Shown here: piece by piece, positions 1 through 12,355 of the stretch
How the letters are laid out: each line of letters opens with the position of its first letter
Position numbering within the stretch: the first letter of the stretch is position 1
Source of the DNA: Monocercomonoides exilis PA203
Lineage: Eukaryota; Protista; Preaxostyla
DNA length: 64,000 nucleotides
Assembly: GCA_001643675.2 (NCBI GenBank)
Contig: LSRY02000008.1
Location: 806,001-870,000, forward strand
Reading direction: 5' to 3'
Program-made: the position numbers and the translations under genes
The notes under the pieces: generated by a model
What the model was told of the DNA's origin: nothing
The model's database searches: none
Seen by the model: only the letters and a program-made list of their open reading frames with translations

Positions 1-8
1 ATATCATT

Positions 9-880
9 TTGAAGTGTTTTCCACCATATATGACCTATCTATTACAACCGTGCGACTCGTGTATCTTTTCTCGTATAAAAACAACTCTATGCAATAAATT
101 TCACATTCCAATTCCGTTTTCGATGCTCTCATTCAGATCCTCACTTGCCGACACACTCCCTGAAGGAATTGCTGTAGCTGCAATGCCTTCCACAATCAAA
201 TCAGCTTTCATTAAAATAGGCGTTTAGCCTGTTGTAGCTGTACCAGTCTTGGATCGCATATCTGGATCCCCCATCCAAAATCACAATTGCAATTCTGAAA
301 CTTTTATTTCCTCGCAAGATTGGAGAGAAGAGTTGTTTGTGAATTATTCTCCTCATAGAAATAGACAACCATCTTCTGTTCAATCTTCAAAACATTCATC
401 TCTCCACGATTCTGAAAAAACAAAAGAACCGACAACATTGATTGTTAGTCACAGAAAATATTCAACAAACGAAAACACAACTGACGAAAAGCCAACAGAA
501 GGAGCAAATGAGATGGATGAATCATAGCTAATGAAACAAATTGAATCAACAAAAGAGCATTTACATTTTCATCAAAAACAGCTAACGAGAATTAGAAAAC
601 CAACTTCATCTTCTTCTGAAAAGAAACGAAACAATAAACATAGTCGACAAAAACTTTATGAAATGTTGAATAAAAAACCAGCAAAGGAAAAAAAATTTTC
701 GAAAAAAAAAGGAAAGTGAATGTTAGAAATCTTCAAAGACGATGAAAATGAAGTGAAATCAACTTCTATTAATGAAATAAAATATTTTGTTCACCCTCCC
801 AGAGAAATATCTACTTCATTTGATTCGAAAGAAAGACTCATAAGAGAAGAGTACTTCAATAAATTCAATGGAAAAATGTG
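9..880 (+). pseudogene. pogo-like DDE_1 transposase, C-terminal remnant (copy E)
   Basis: ORF 9..227 contains PPYMTYLLQPCDSCIFSRIK, matching the pogo P-x-x-T-x-x-LQPLD motif. SAFIKIGV*P follows, then a Lys/Glu-rich tail broken by stops. Confidence 0.8.
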
Positions 881-1866
881 ATCTCTGAAAACAAAACACT
901 ATTTGCGATCATTATCGATACTTGATTATCGTTTTTATTGTTTCATATCTACTATTTCTGTACTTTTCAATGGAATGCAAAAAGATCATATCTTTGTTTC
1001 ATTTTTTCTAAAGCTATCATGAAACTGTCCACATGTTGTAAAATGTTGCTGTGATTTCGATTAATTGAAATTAACCATTATCATTTATGGTATTGAAAGA
1101 ATTACAAAGAATTTGTCATTTTGAATACTTTTGGCATGGATCTGGTTTCGCACTGACTGTTTCTGGCTTTGTTCTAATGAAGCTTCCTCGGTCTTCTCAA
1201 TATTCCTTTTCTTCTCATTCACATAGTTTCGACAATTTCGGAAAAGAAATTACTTAACAAAAGCTTTTCAATGAATGTGATATTAAAAAGAATTCTGCGA
1301 CATAATCAGTTGTAAAAAAAAAAAAAAAAATATTTTTTGTCACAAATATGTTAATGGTTCATTTTTTTGAAAACATACTTTTGTATAATTTTTAAAATAT
1401 ATATATCAATATTATTTTTTCATAAAATGATAAGTTTCCACAATTGAAACTTCAATCAATAGGAAGTTCAAATCAGGTAATGCAATAATATTCTTAAAAT
1501 AAATATATCTTGAGTGGAAATAGATTTTTGATTGTCATTAAAAATTATAATATGTGAGAAAATATTTGACTATAGGGATTTTCATAAAAAAATTATGCAC
1601 TTTTCATTGACTTTTTTATTGCAAAAAATACATAGAAAATAAGTTCATTTTTTGACATTCGTGAAATGTCATAATTCCTAATGTTTTGATTTCGACGATG
1701 TCTGTTTACAAATAAAAAAAAATCAAATTTATTTTGAAATCTGAGGAAGCGATATAAAGCTATGTGTGAAGCAATTTTTCTATGCATTGTGCAAAAAAAG
1801 CTTGAAAGTCCATATTTTCCCCCATATACTTTTTTCGAAATGTACATATAAAAAGACTCAATATTT

Positions 1867-2106
1867 GGGTGATTCTTTTTGAAAAGTCACAAATGTTTAA
1901 TTTACAAATAAATCAAAAATTTTATTTTTGGCTCAAATTTCTGTTTCAGCTCACAAATCTCCTCAAGAATGTTTGAAATAGCATTATCAATGAATAGATT
2001 TGATTGAAGTGAAGTTTGATATTAGTTAACAGAAATTTGAGCCAAAAATAAAATTTTTGATTTATTTAAAAATTAAACATTTGCGACTTTTCAAAAAGAA
2101 TTACCC
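1867..2106. mobile_element. 240-bp palindromic MITE (hairpin family 1, GGG...CCC termini) with ATTT target-site duplication
   Basis: GGGTGATTCTTTTTGAAAAGTC...GACTTTTCAAAAAGAATTACCC, with long imperfect arms including TTTTTATTTTTGGCTCAAATTTCTGTT/AACAGAAATTTGAGCCAAAAATAAAA. ATTT flanks both sides (1863-1866, 2107-2110). Confidence 0.8.
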
Positions 2107-2440
2107 ATTTATGAACTGTTTGTTCTAAATGAAGCATTCTTTTCACCACTATTGAAACTAAAATTTCAATATGGGTAATTTCTTTTGAAATCATTTATTT
2201 TCGATCAAATAATTCCAATAGATAATTTTGTTTCGAATTTAAGTTTTTGAACACAGAAAAGTGACAACTCCTTTTAGAACCATCACTGTTTTTCCTTATC
2301 ACATAATTTTGGCATTAGAAACAAATGAAATAATAGTGTGGTTTTTTTTTTCCGGACAATATTTTTTATTATGAATTATTTCTTCCCACTTTTTGGATAT
2401 TTTATCATATTTGTGATACATAAGGAAAAGTCAGTTATTA

Positions 2441-2567
2441 AAATTTCAGATTAAATTACAATACCTAATCTCTGATGAGGGGGGGGGGGGTTAGCTCCTC
2501 CATCTCTGATTAGTGCCTCCCTTGATGAGATTAGGTAATAGCAAGGGGTATCACTAAGTTAGAATTC
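2441..2567 (+). promoter_or_regulatory. conserved GC-rich nested palindrome upstream of pogo-like transposase A
   Basis: TACCTAATCTC (2462-2472) pairs with GAGATTAGGTA (2527-2537) and encloses a G-run-TTAG-CTCCTCC hairpin. Homologous copies lie at 40890-41020 and 51104-51234. Function is inferred only. Confidence 0.55.
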
Positions 2568-2659
2568 AAATCAAAAATTTCTTTTGGATTTTTTTTCATT
2601 ACAAAAAATAATTATTCTAAAAAAAATAAAAATAAGATCATTACCAGAATTTTTTTGTT

Positions 2660-4257
2660 ATGAGTGTTATCAAAAACAAAACAGAACAAGGATTGTTAAA
2701 CATTAGAAATCAAATGATGTCATTTGATTATAGACAAATAGAAAATATTTTGGAGCGAATTGCAACTATCGTTTTAGATGGAAAGGCAAGGATTGTTGAT
2801 GCAGTAAATCTACACGAGTTCAGCCGTTCAGCCATAAATAGAGCAATTGCAGCTTTGGAAAACAAAAGAAAAGTCGGCATAATTGGTCACACAGAGTTGC
2901 TAACAGACGAAGAATAGAAAACAGTTGAGGATGTTATTCGCTGCGAAAGTTCAAGTGGAGTGAGCATTTTTGTTTCTCAAATGAAACATTTGGTTTGCTT
3001 TTTCGTTCATAAACAAATTAAAATTTATTGTTATATTATTTAAGATGGAATCTGTCATTTCTGATAGAAAAAAAATATCTATTTGAAGAAGAAAAAGAAG
3101 AAGTTGAAATTTCGAAGTCATCGCCCTTTTTATTCATTAAAAGGAATTCAAGCCAAAAAGTATCTCTTCCAAGAAATTTAGATATTCAACGATTAGCTGT
3201 GTCGAACAAACAAACTCTCCAGCCTTTCTATGAACTTCTTTAACATCTTCATTATATTTACAAATTTTCTTCTTCAATGATATTTAATACTGACGAATCT
3301 TGCCTTCGCCTCTCAGATACCACCAAAAAGCTTGTTGAACATCCTTCCGATTCACCAGCTGGATTTAACAGAACACACACGAACATGCCAAACGCCACGT
3401 TGTGCGTTGCAGCTGCTGCAGACGGTTGCTCTTTGAAAAGCATCGTTTTATGGCCTTCAAAGAAAATTCCATCCGAACTTCGTGTGATGCTCAGCTCAAC
3501 AATAAATATCTGGGAAGATAACGATGGCTGGATGACCGACGCAATATTTAGAAGATATGCTGAAGATGTTCTCCTTCCAGGAATCGTGGTAAGACGAACT
3601 CTTTTGGACAAAGATGAAGAAAGATGCCTTCTTCTGCTGGACTCTCATCAGTTGAGAGCTCAGCCAGATTTTTGGCAAAAATTCACTAATGCCTCCATCG
3701 ACGTGGTTACTTTTATCCCCCACAGCACACACCTCACTCAGCCTCTCGACCGAGGAGTATCTGCCGTCTTCAAAAAATGTTTTAACACCAAATAGGTTGT
3801 TCCTTTTTCTTCATCTATCTCTTTTCGAAGAAAATCAATTGCAGATGCCCTTCCTCAGGCTCTGCAAACAGCATTATTGCCTAAAACAATTGTTTCTTCG
3901 TTTGTCAAAAGTGGAGTGTTATCAAATGAATGTCATGCTGTTCTTTCCGCTTCACCTGATGAGCCATTTGTCACACTGAAGAAAAAGAACCACAGATTTG
4001 TTTTTCATGGGGAAATTATAACCGACCAAGATTTTTTGGATGAGTGGAGAAATCAAAAGAAAATGAAAGAAAAGAAGATAATGAATGATGATAATGAAAA
4101 GACTGTGGAAAAAAAATTGTTTGAGGATGAAAAACCAAAGAAAAGGAAAATTCCACGAAAAAAAGTTTTTTTTGATGATAATTCTGGAGAAGAAAGAAAA
4201 CAAGAAAATTCCGGGAAAATAATCAAGAGAGAGTTGATTGATTATATTTATTCCTAG
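2660..4257 (+). mobile_element. pogo-like DD35D transposase pseudogene (copy A) with 52-nt intron at 2993..3044
   Basis: IFNTDES ... AAADG ... DGWMT ... LLLLDSH-(35 aa spacing)-QPLD. In-frame stops and a frameshift are present. Collinear with copies at 41110 and 51014. Confidence 0.9.
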
Positions 4258-4899
4258 TGTTCTTTTTTAAAAGAAACGAACATGCTTTCATGAAAAATGA
4301 TTTTTTGTTTTTCCATTCACATATAAAAAAATATCTGAATTAAAAACCACATAAGCGAAAAAAGAAAGTTCTGATGTGAATTTAAAAATACAAAAATTTT
4401 TGAGACACATTATTAAATATGGAAAATTTATTTTTCTTGAGTACAATGCAAATTCTAAAAATCAAAATAGCAACATGCATGATTCTGATCTGTTATAACA
4501 GAGAGAACATTTTCATTATGATGTCAAAACAGCTTGAAATAAAAAATTATTCAAATCATCCTGCTCAAAAGTCAATCATTTTTATTCAGAAATTCTTCAA
4601 AAGTTGTGGATTATTTTCAGATATTATTTGTTTTTATTTATCATTATTATTATTTCCATTATTATAATTATAATTATTATTTTGAAAGAGATGATATATT
4701 CGATTTATTAATGATTGTCATTGAAAAAACATTTTCCTCATATTAAAAATGTTTTTTTGTCACTTGTGTGCATAATCCCATTGTGCTGAACTTGTATATT
4801 TTTGTCACAATCTAGAATGACGCACTGTTTTTGAAAACAAACTTTTCTGACCTATTTTCATTTTTTTATTCCATGTGAAAGTAACAAAAAATTTTTTAT

Positions 4900-6650
4900 T
4901 ATGAATGGATTCGAAATTGGAAGGATTATTTTTCTCATTGCCTTTTAATTAAAACAAGCAATGAACTTTTGAAATCAAATCCGTTTCATAAGAATGGAAA
5001 AATTCATTCAAACATTGGAGGCTTGTACAAAGTTATTGAGTAAACTTTTTTAGTAATGACACTACAAATTCACAAAACCTGTTAACAAATACAAAAAAAA
5101 TTTCATTCAATTCAACGAATTCTTTAAAGCTCGTTAAATATTGAAATCATTCTTGTTTCGCGCTATAAAAGGAAATATCAAAAGGATGGAAAATCTGAGT
5201 GTTTTACAGAATAACAAGCGATAAAAGATTCAGAGTTTGAAAATGTGGGAATTATGTTAAATCAAAATTTTCTGAACATGAAATTATTCAAATATCCGAT
5301 TATCTGTCATGACATTAAACAATTTTTTTTGTGAATAGGATACTTGTTTTGATAATAGTTGTGTCATGTGTTTACGAAGAAAAGTGGGGAGTGAGCAAAC
5401 AATGGGGTAATTTTTGTTAAGAAACATATCAACACTCTGTTGAAAAGAAGCTAAATCCTTTACACTGCTGTCGCTAAACAGTTGGAAGCAGAAAAATCAT
5501 AGCACAATCACCGGAATCCATTTAACATGATTTGATGATTTGGTTGACTTGATAAAAAGGATGATATCGTTGGATCAACTATGTGCAATTTTAACGAAAT
5601 TTCTGTCAGATGTGGACAAGAAGCGTCAAAACTTGTTGTCTGCCGAAAGGATCAGCTTCATCCTTCACCTCCTGCTCAATAAAATGTCTGGAATACAACA
5701 ATGCGTTTCTGTGTGAGTGCTGATGGCTCATGTTTGAATCGTTATTTGCTCTGGCCAAACAGGTAGATCCCTGCCAAGTTTTCGAATTTTCCTTCATTTT
5801 CCATCAAATATCTTTTCGCAAGCTCCGGATGGATCACAATCGATTAATTTATGATTATTCTTATCAATGATTAGTTATTTCAAACAAAAGAGAAGGTGAA
5901 GCCAACTCGCTTGCTGAGAGCAAAAATTTTGATGGATTATCATGTTACGCATTTTTGCCCTGAAAATATAACAGTTGCTTGAAATTGCCATATTATTAGT
6001 AAGTATTTCACTCAGAATATTACTCATTTCCACACCCTTGTGACAGTTCCATTTTTTCCATGTTGAAGTTTGTGTTAAACAACCAGCTTCATGCACCATA
6101 TCCTTTTTCATAGCATTCTTATAGGTTTTCCTTGCCCTTAGTTCTTCCTGATGCTGTTGTGGCAGAAATTCAGCCTTCCACAATTAGAACAGCTTTTTAG
6201 AAAACAGGCGTTTGGCCTATAACAGTAACTGAAGTTCTATTACGAGTTTGTGGATCTTCAAAACAAATCTCTGGAGAGAAGTAAGTTATCAAGTCATCTA
6301 CGGATCTTCAGTCAGAATTGTTCGGAAAATTTTCTCCGACAAAGAAAATGGATAAAAAAACGAATTTTGATAAAAGATCTTCAATAACACAAACAAGTTG
6401 CCTTTAAGATACCGAGGACTTTCATAGAGAGTTGGATGTTTTTCGCAAACGTGTTGCACAAATAAAGAAGCAATTGGAAGATGCAAGAGATACAAAGAAT
6501 GATGAGGATGAACGCATGAAAGTCATGAAAAAAATGAAAGTGACAATTGTAAATGAAGAAAATTCGATATCTGACACGAAGAAATGAGAAAAAAGAAGAA
6601 TGCTGGATATTATTCAAAATGATAAAGAGACATTTGAAGAAGAATAAGAA
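4900..6650 (+). pseudogene. degraded pogo-like DDE_1 transposase (copy F, related to copy E)
   Basis: Motifs read across frames: CNFNEIS (~5582), CVSADG (~5709), SGWIT (~5824), LMDYH (~5929), HPCDSSIF (~6032), TAFRKTGVWPI (~6189). Confidence 0.7.
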
Positions 6651-6768
6651 TATTAAAAATTAACATAATGTCATTATATTGGACATGAAAAAAATAATAT
6701 TTATATTCATTTTTCATAATTTCATATCATTTCTGATAATATCAATCTGGGTGATTTTTTTGATGGTG

Positions 6769-6840
6769 TGTGCATAAACCCGCACTTTTGCACAAACCCG
6801 CACACTTTTGTTTATCTTAAAGAAAGTGCAATTACAAAAT
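6769..6840 (+). repeat. TIR-like end with tandem GCA(T/C)AAACCCGCAC motifs; inverted partner at 12297..12355
   Basis: gcataaacccgcacttttgcacaaacccgcacacttttgtttatcttaaagaaagtgcaat aligns with the reverse complement gcaaacccgcacatttgcataaacccgcacactcgggtttagatgaaagtttatgcaat. Confidence 0.7.
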
Positions 6841-6992
6841 CATTCTTATCAAGAAATTTCGATAATTTTTGAATATTGGCGTGAAATATCCATTAAAATA
6901 AGTTTTTTCAAATTGTAATGGTTGTTTATCCCATATTGATTGAGTCAAAAAAACAAATAACAATTTTTTATCTCTTTTTCTGATTTTTTCAA

Positions 6993-9541
6993 ATGGAAGA
7001 AATGATAAAGGAAAAGATAAACATTAATAATAATCAGCGAAATAATTATTATTACATTCAAAGGGCACTTCGGATGAAATCAAAAGGTGAATTAGCAGGG
7101 AAAAATGGTAGGCCTAGATATTTGTCGCAGGAAGAAGAAGAAAGATGAGAAGAAATTCTTGTCAATTGGGACGATGTTGTCACTCAGCCGTCAATAAAAG
7201 ATATTCCAAAAATAGTTTGAAAAGAACTTTTGTATATTTTCGTTAGTTTTTTTAAGCAAGGAGAATTAGAATGCAACGTTCAGAAAAATCCGCAATATAT
7301 ATTGAGATGCCAAGCATGCGATGGGTGCACAGCTTTCTTGAAAGACACAAGCAGCTCAAAACAATTCACCCAATTAAATTGGATCATGCTCGACTCAGGG
7401 CATCTTTGTAAAGCAATATACTTACGTTTTTGATGCATTTGCGTGGATTAATGAAACAAAAAAAGTATCATCCTTCCTTGATCTTTCAATTGGATGAAAC
7501 CAGCTGTCAATCGTCAGACAAAAGAGAAAACTTAAGAGTTGTTTCATACAAATGCAAATTCATACCTTCTTTAAAAATACCTCCTCTTCATCATCTCACT
7601 CTTCTTTTTATTGTCAGAGCAGATGGATGCCATCTTCCGACTCATCTCCTATTGCCTTGTAAATATGAAAAAGAAATCATAGAACAGTGGAGTGATGACA
7701 ATTTCATTACACACGTCAAAAAAGTGTGGATGACGAAAGTATTATTTGAAGAAATAATGCTTACGAATGTCATTCCATGTATTCAAAAACAACGAGAAAA
7801 AGGAATAAGAATAAACAGATACTCTCAAGAATTGCAAGATCAAAAATTTAGAAAAAGAAAAACAACAACGGAAAGAAAAGATGAAAGTTACCAAATTACT
7901 TGCACAAAGAACGCGGTTACCAAAGAATTAAATATATATAAAGAAATATCAAACAATTTAAACTTTGTTGCAACGCATGATCAAGAATCATCTCTAATTA
8001 TATTGAGCAACGATAAAATTTCAAATGACTTCGAATCTGATTCAGCAGCAAGAGTTGATGAATCAGAAATAAGATCAAGAGATTTGATAAATTCCCGAAG
8101 AGATATAATTGAATCATCAGATTTATTATCAGAAGGTTTATCAACAAAGGTTCAACATGATTCTTCTGAATCTCAACTGTCTGAGTGCAGTTTAAACTCA
8201 GCTCCTTTGCAAAGTTCTCAGCATTACGATAAGCAACTCGATAGCGAAGAAAAAAGCCATTCAGGTTTTTCTCGTGCTTCTTCTTCTTCTTCTTCTTTGG
8301 AGGAATCGACATGCTCTTCAAGCTTTTTACTGGATGATGAGAACGATGACATGTGCAATTGGTGGCTGAAAGAAGAATCCGCTATGAGCAGGCTGCAACA
8401 AAAAGAACCTAAATTTGTCACTGAAGATGAGTCAAACCCCGAGGAAGAAACTGAACATATCCCACCAGCTCTTATTATTTTGGACGGCCATTCATCCAGA
8501 CAAAATCTTCAACTGTGGAAACGATTTGCAGCTGAAAATGTAGATGTCGTAGTTATTCCCGCACACACATCTCACATTTTGCAGCCCCTAGACCTTGGAC
8601 CAAACGCTGTTCTTAAATGCCAACTCAAAAAAGTCAGAAATGAACCATCAATAAGAAGAATGAAAAGGGAATTCTTACCTTTTGTTCGAGCTATTGCAGA
8701 TTGTGCATACATGGCTTTAGCTCCGAAAACGATAAGACATGGTTTTTTCGAAGCTGGAATAACATCCTCCACAATTAAGCACGTTCTTGATCAGATCATC
8801 GATTCCTTACCTCCAGAGGTGAAACCTGCTAAAAAGACATTTCTTTGGTCAATTTCAGGTCAATGCATAACAAACGATGACTTTATTGAGAAATGGGAGA
8901 CACATGAAAAAGAAAAAGAATTTTCAACATTAAATAAAAAAGCCAAAACACAAACCGAAATCACAAATCCATGTGGAGTTAGCTATGTTGCAGACTGCAA
9001 AATAAATGAACAAATATTGGAATCTGTTAAATCATTGCATCCACAACAAAAGAATGGTCAATCACTAATTCAAGAAAAAATCGTTGAAGATTCAAATATC
9101 ATCGAAGAAGAAACAGAACCTTCCGATTCCCAGGAAGGAGAGGACAACATATTGGATGTGCCCCTATTTCGAAGATCAAAAAACAAAAGAGATCAAGCTT
9201 TCGAACGTTTTTCCATCTGTGATGATGATAGTTATTCTGAATGTGAAAGCATTGAATCTGACTCTTCCTCCAGTCTTGATTATACCCCGCGAGCTGCAAA
9301 AAAAACAAAATCAGATTTGAGAAAGTCCAAAATAAAGAAAAAGAGAATAATAGACGATAACGAGCAAGATTACGATAAGTTAGATAATGATGAAGAAATC
9401 AACGAAAAAATTGGTGAAACAACAATCAATAGAATCATACCAAAATTATACTCCACAAGATCAATAAAAACAATGACAAACAAATATTCTGAGCAGTATG
9501 TAATATTTCCAGACTCTGATGATGAAGAAGAAGAAAAATAA
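6993..9541 (+). mobile_element. pogo-like DD35D transposase (copy D): CENP-B-type HTH region with stops, then a 703-aa ORF carrying a ~210-aa insertion in the catalytic domain
   Basis: GKNGRPRYLSQEEE and PSMRWVHSFLERHKQL lie upstream, with stops at ~7147 and ~7409 and a probable intron at 7215..7256. ORF 7430..9541 has FQLDETS, VRADG, WMTK and IILDGHSS-QPLD. Confidence 0.9.
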
Positions 9542-9698
9542 TAAAAAGAAAAAATATAAAATATTCATATATAATAATTATTGGAAATAACAATATTCGA
9601 AATTTATAATAAATATATTATCACCACAAATAAATAACAACGAAAATAATAACGAAACGATAAACAAAAAAATTAATAATTAAAGAGTTGAACTTCAC

Positions 9699-10111
<413 letters not shown>

Positions 10112-10118
10112 TTAACAA

Positions 10119-11147
10119 TCAAACTAACTCATACTTGTCTGTTCTCAGCTTCAATATTTCGTCCTTCAGCTGGTTTTCAATCGACACTCTCTTCATTTTC
10201 AGGCAGTGTTCCTCGTCTTCCCTGCGCTTCTGCTCTTCCTCCAGCTTCATTGAGAGCATATTCATTTCCGCCTTTGCAGAGTTCAGTTCAGCCTGCGCGC
10301 GATCGTTCTGCCTTTGAAGCTCAGTTTTCTCTTCTCTTGTCTTCTCCAGCTCGCTGGTGAGCCTGCTGATTAACTTGTTCAGAAGCGAAATCGTCGAAGA
10401 AGAAGAAGAGGAGGAGGAGGAGGAAGAAGAGGAAAGGGAAGAAGAAGAAATGGAAGAGGAAGAAGAAGAAGAAGTTGTATGTGTTTTAGGAGAAACTGCA
10501 GTTTGTGAAGAAGAAGAAGAAGTTGTGATATTTTGTGAAGAAAGAACATGTGTTTGAGGAGAGTGAGGTGGAGGTTGTGGTGGAGGAGGTTGTGGATAAG
10601 AAGTAGAAGAGGAAGAAGAAGAGGAAGAATATGAAGGAGAAGGAGAAGGAGAAGAAAGAGAAGAAGAAGAAGAAGAAGAAACAAAATTTTTAGTAATTTC
10701 TGAAATCGAAGTGTTAGTGATGGTAACAGAGAGAGGGAAAGGGGAAGGGAAAGGAAAAGAGGAAGAGGAGGAGGAGGAGGAAGAAGAAGAAGAAGAAGAA
10801 TTAACAGGAGAAGCAGAGGCAGAAACAGAAACAGTGGAGAACACAGCTGGGACCTGCTTGAGAGCAACGGAGGAGAGTGGGAAGGAGTGTCTTTGCTAGT
10901 TTTGTTGATGATTTTGTTGGTCACATTGATTGTTTGCATGTGGAAGAGGAGAAACAGGAGAAACAGGAGGAGCAGGTGGAGGCGGATGAGGAGGGAGAGG
11001 GAGAGGGAGAGAAAGAGGGAGAACATTCGATGAATACGATGAATTCAATGAATACATTTCATTGAAGGATTGTGGAGACAAAGAACGAAGCTGAGGAGAA
11101 AGGAGAGCAGAAGAAGAAGAAGTGGAAGTAGAAGAAGAAGATCGCAA
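10119..11147 (-). pseudogene. fragment of a Ser/Pro-rich host-like gene with C-terminal coiled coil
   Basis: ORFs 10896..11147 and 10119..10844 share one frame and are separated by a single TAG. The segment ends in heptad-like ISRLTSELEKTREEK...KLRTDKYEL, followed by a GTTTGA donor-like site leading into the microsatellites. Confidence 0.6.
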
Positions 11148-12296
11148 ACGACAATGATTTGACAGAAGTCTATCGTTTTCATGAGCGAGAAATAAGAATT
11201 AGAATCAAATTCGATCACCGCAAGTTTTTTCATAAAATTTCATTGAATAACACACACTATATTTAAAAAGTTAATTTTAAAAGATTAAAAGTTAAAAATT
11301 TGAAAAAAATGAATCAAAACTCACACTTTTGATTCTCTTTCAAGTGTCAACTTCATCTTATTTTGTGATAACAAAATTAAAAAAAACAACGAGCCACAAA
11401 TTTGGTCAATTTATTTTTCCTGTAAATGTATTTTTAATTCTGAGCAAATACTGCTTTATACTTGAATCTGATTTTAAATTTTTTGTGTTGTAAATGCTAT
11501 CTCCTCGTTATTGGATTTCTAACTTTTCACATTATTATGTTTGAGTTCCATAAATTCAAATGAAAAACAATTATCATTGAAAGAATTTTAACAAGCAATT
11601 CGCTCATTTGGAAATTTGAAAAAACAATGGTTAATATTTGTGTAATCGAACAATCATCGTGGAGATTAGAGCCACCAATAAAACTTGTCAAACATGTAAA
11701 AAATGACACAATTTTGATGAAACAATATATTCTATGGGATTGAAACCATTATATGTTTTGAAGTATTCCATATTAACAAAAACAATTTGTTCTTTCTATT
11801 TTGGGGTTATTCAACTCAAAACATTCATTTTTGTATGTATTTTTTCTTTAGTTCTTCTTTTCAGTTTCATTTAATTTGAATAATTAATTCTCTTCGTAAA
11901 TTGAACAATTTTTTTAAAGAATATCATTCTCTTTTTTATTCAATTGATTTAACATTGCGCTTTTGGATGAAAGTGCACTGAACTCTACAATATTAATTCT
12001 TTGATATTGATTTTGACTCGATTTTTTCTTTTTGACTTTTGATCTATCTTTTTTCCATTTCATGTGGATTTCAAATTGAACAACATAAATGAAATAATTA
12101 TTATTACAAATATAGTTTTCATAATTTCATATGTTTGAATATTCAAAATTAAAACAAATGAGAGAGCTGGAAGAGAGAAAGCTTCGTCAAAGAGATCAAA
12201 GCTGGACCCACATAAAATGTTTTCAAAGAAAAGAATGTTCCATTCTTTTCAAGAAATGTTAAAAAAAAAGAATGAAATTCAATTTTTAGATAAAAA

Positions 12297-12355
12297 TTGC
12301 ATAAACTTTCATCTAAACCCGAGTGTGCGGGTTTATGCAAATGTGCGGGTTTGCC
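12297..12355 (-). repeat. inverted TIR-like partner of 6769..6840
   Basis: gagtgtgcgggtttatgcaaatgtgcgggtttgc. Confidence 0.7.

Noticed and set aside
2465-2513. Box C/D snoRNA or K-turn (TGATGA...CTGA)
   Set aside because: Box C is not conserved in B/C, no guide region is evident, and the boxes are occupied by competing stems.
2472-2540. Hammerhead ribozyme (CTGATGAG core)
   Set aside because: There is no GAAA after the second stem, and copies B/C read CTGATGGG.
2660-4257. Alternative genetic code (TAA/TAG = Gln) explaining in-frame stops, prompted by TAA at 3241 opposite CAA in copy B and TAG at 10896 in a Gln-rich context
   Set aside because: Other stops align with Tyr (TAG at 3793 vs TAC in copy C) and Trp (TAG at 41897), and TGA stops and frameshifts are also common. 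This is ordinary pseudogene decay.
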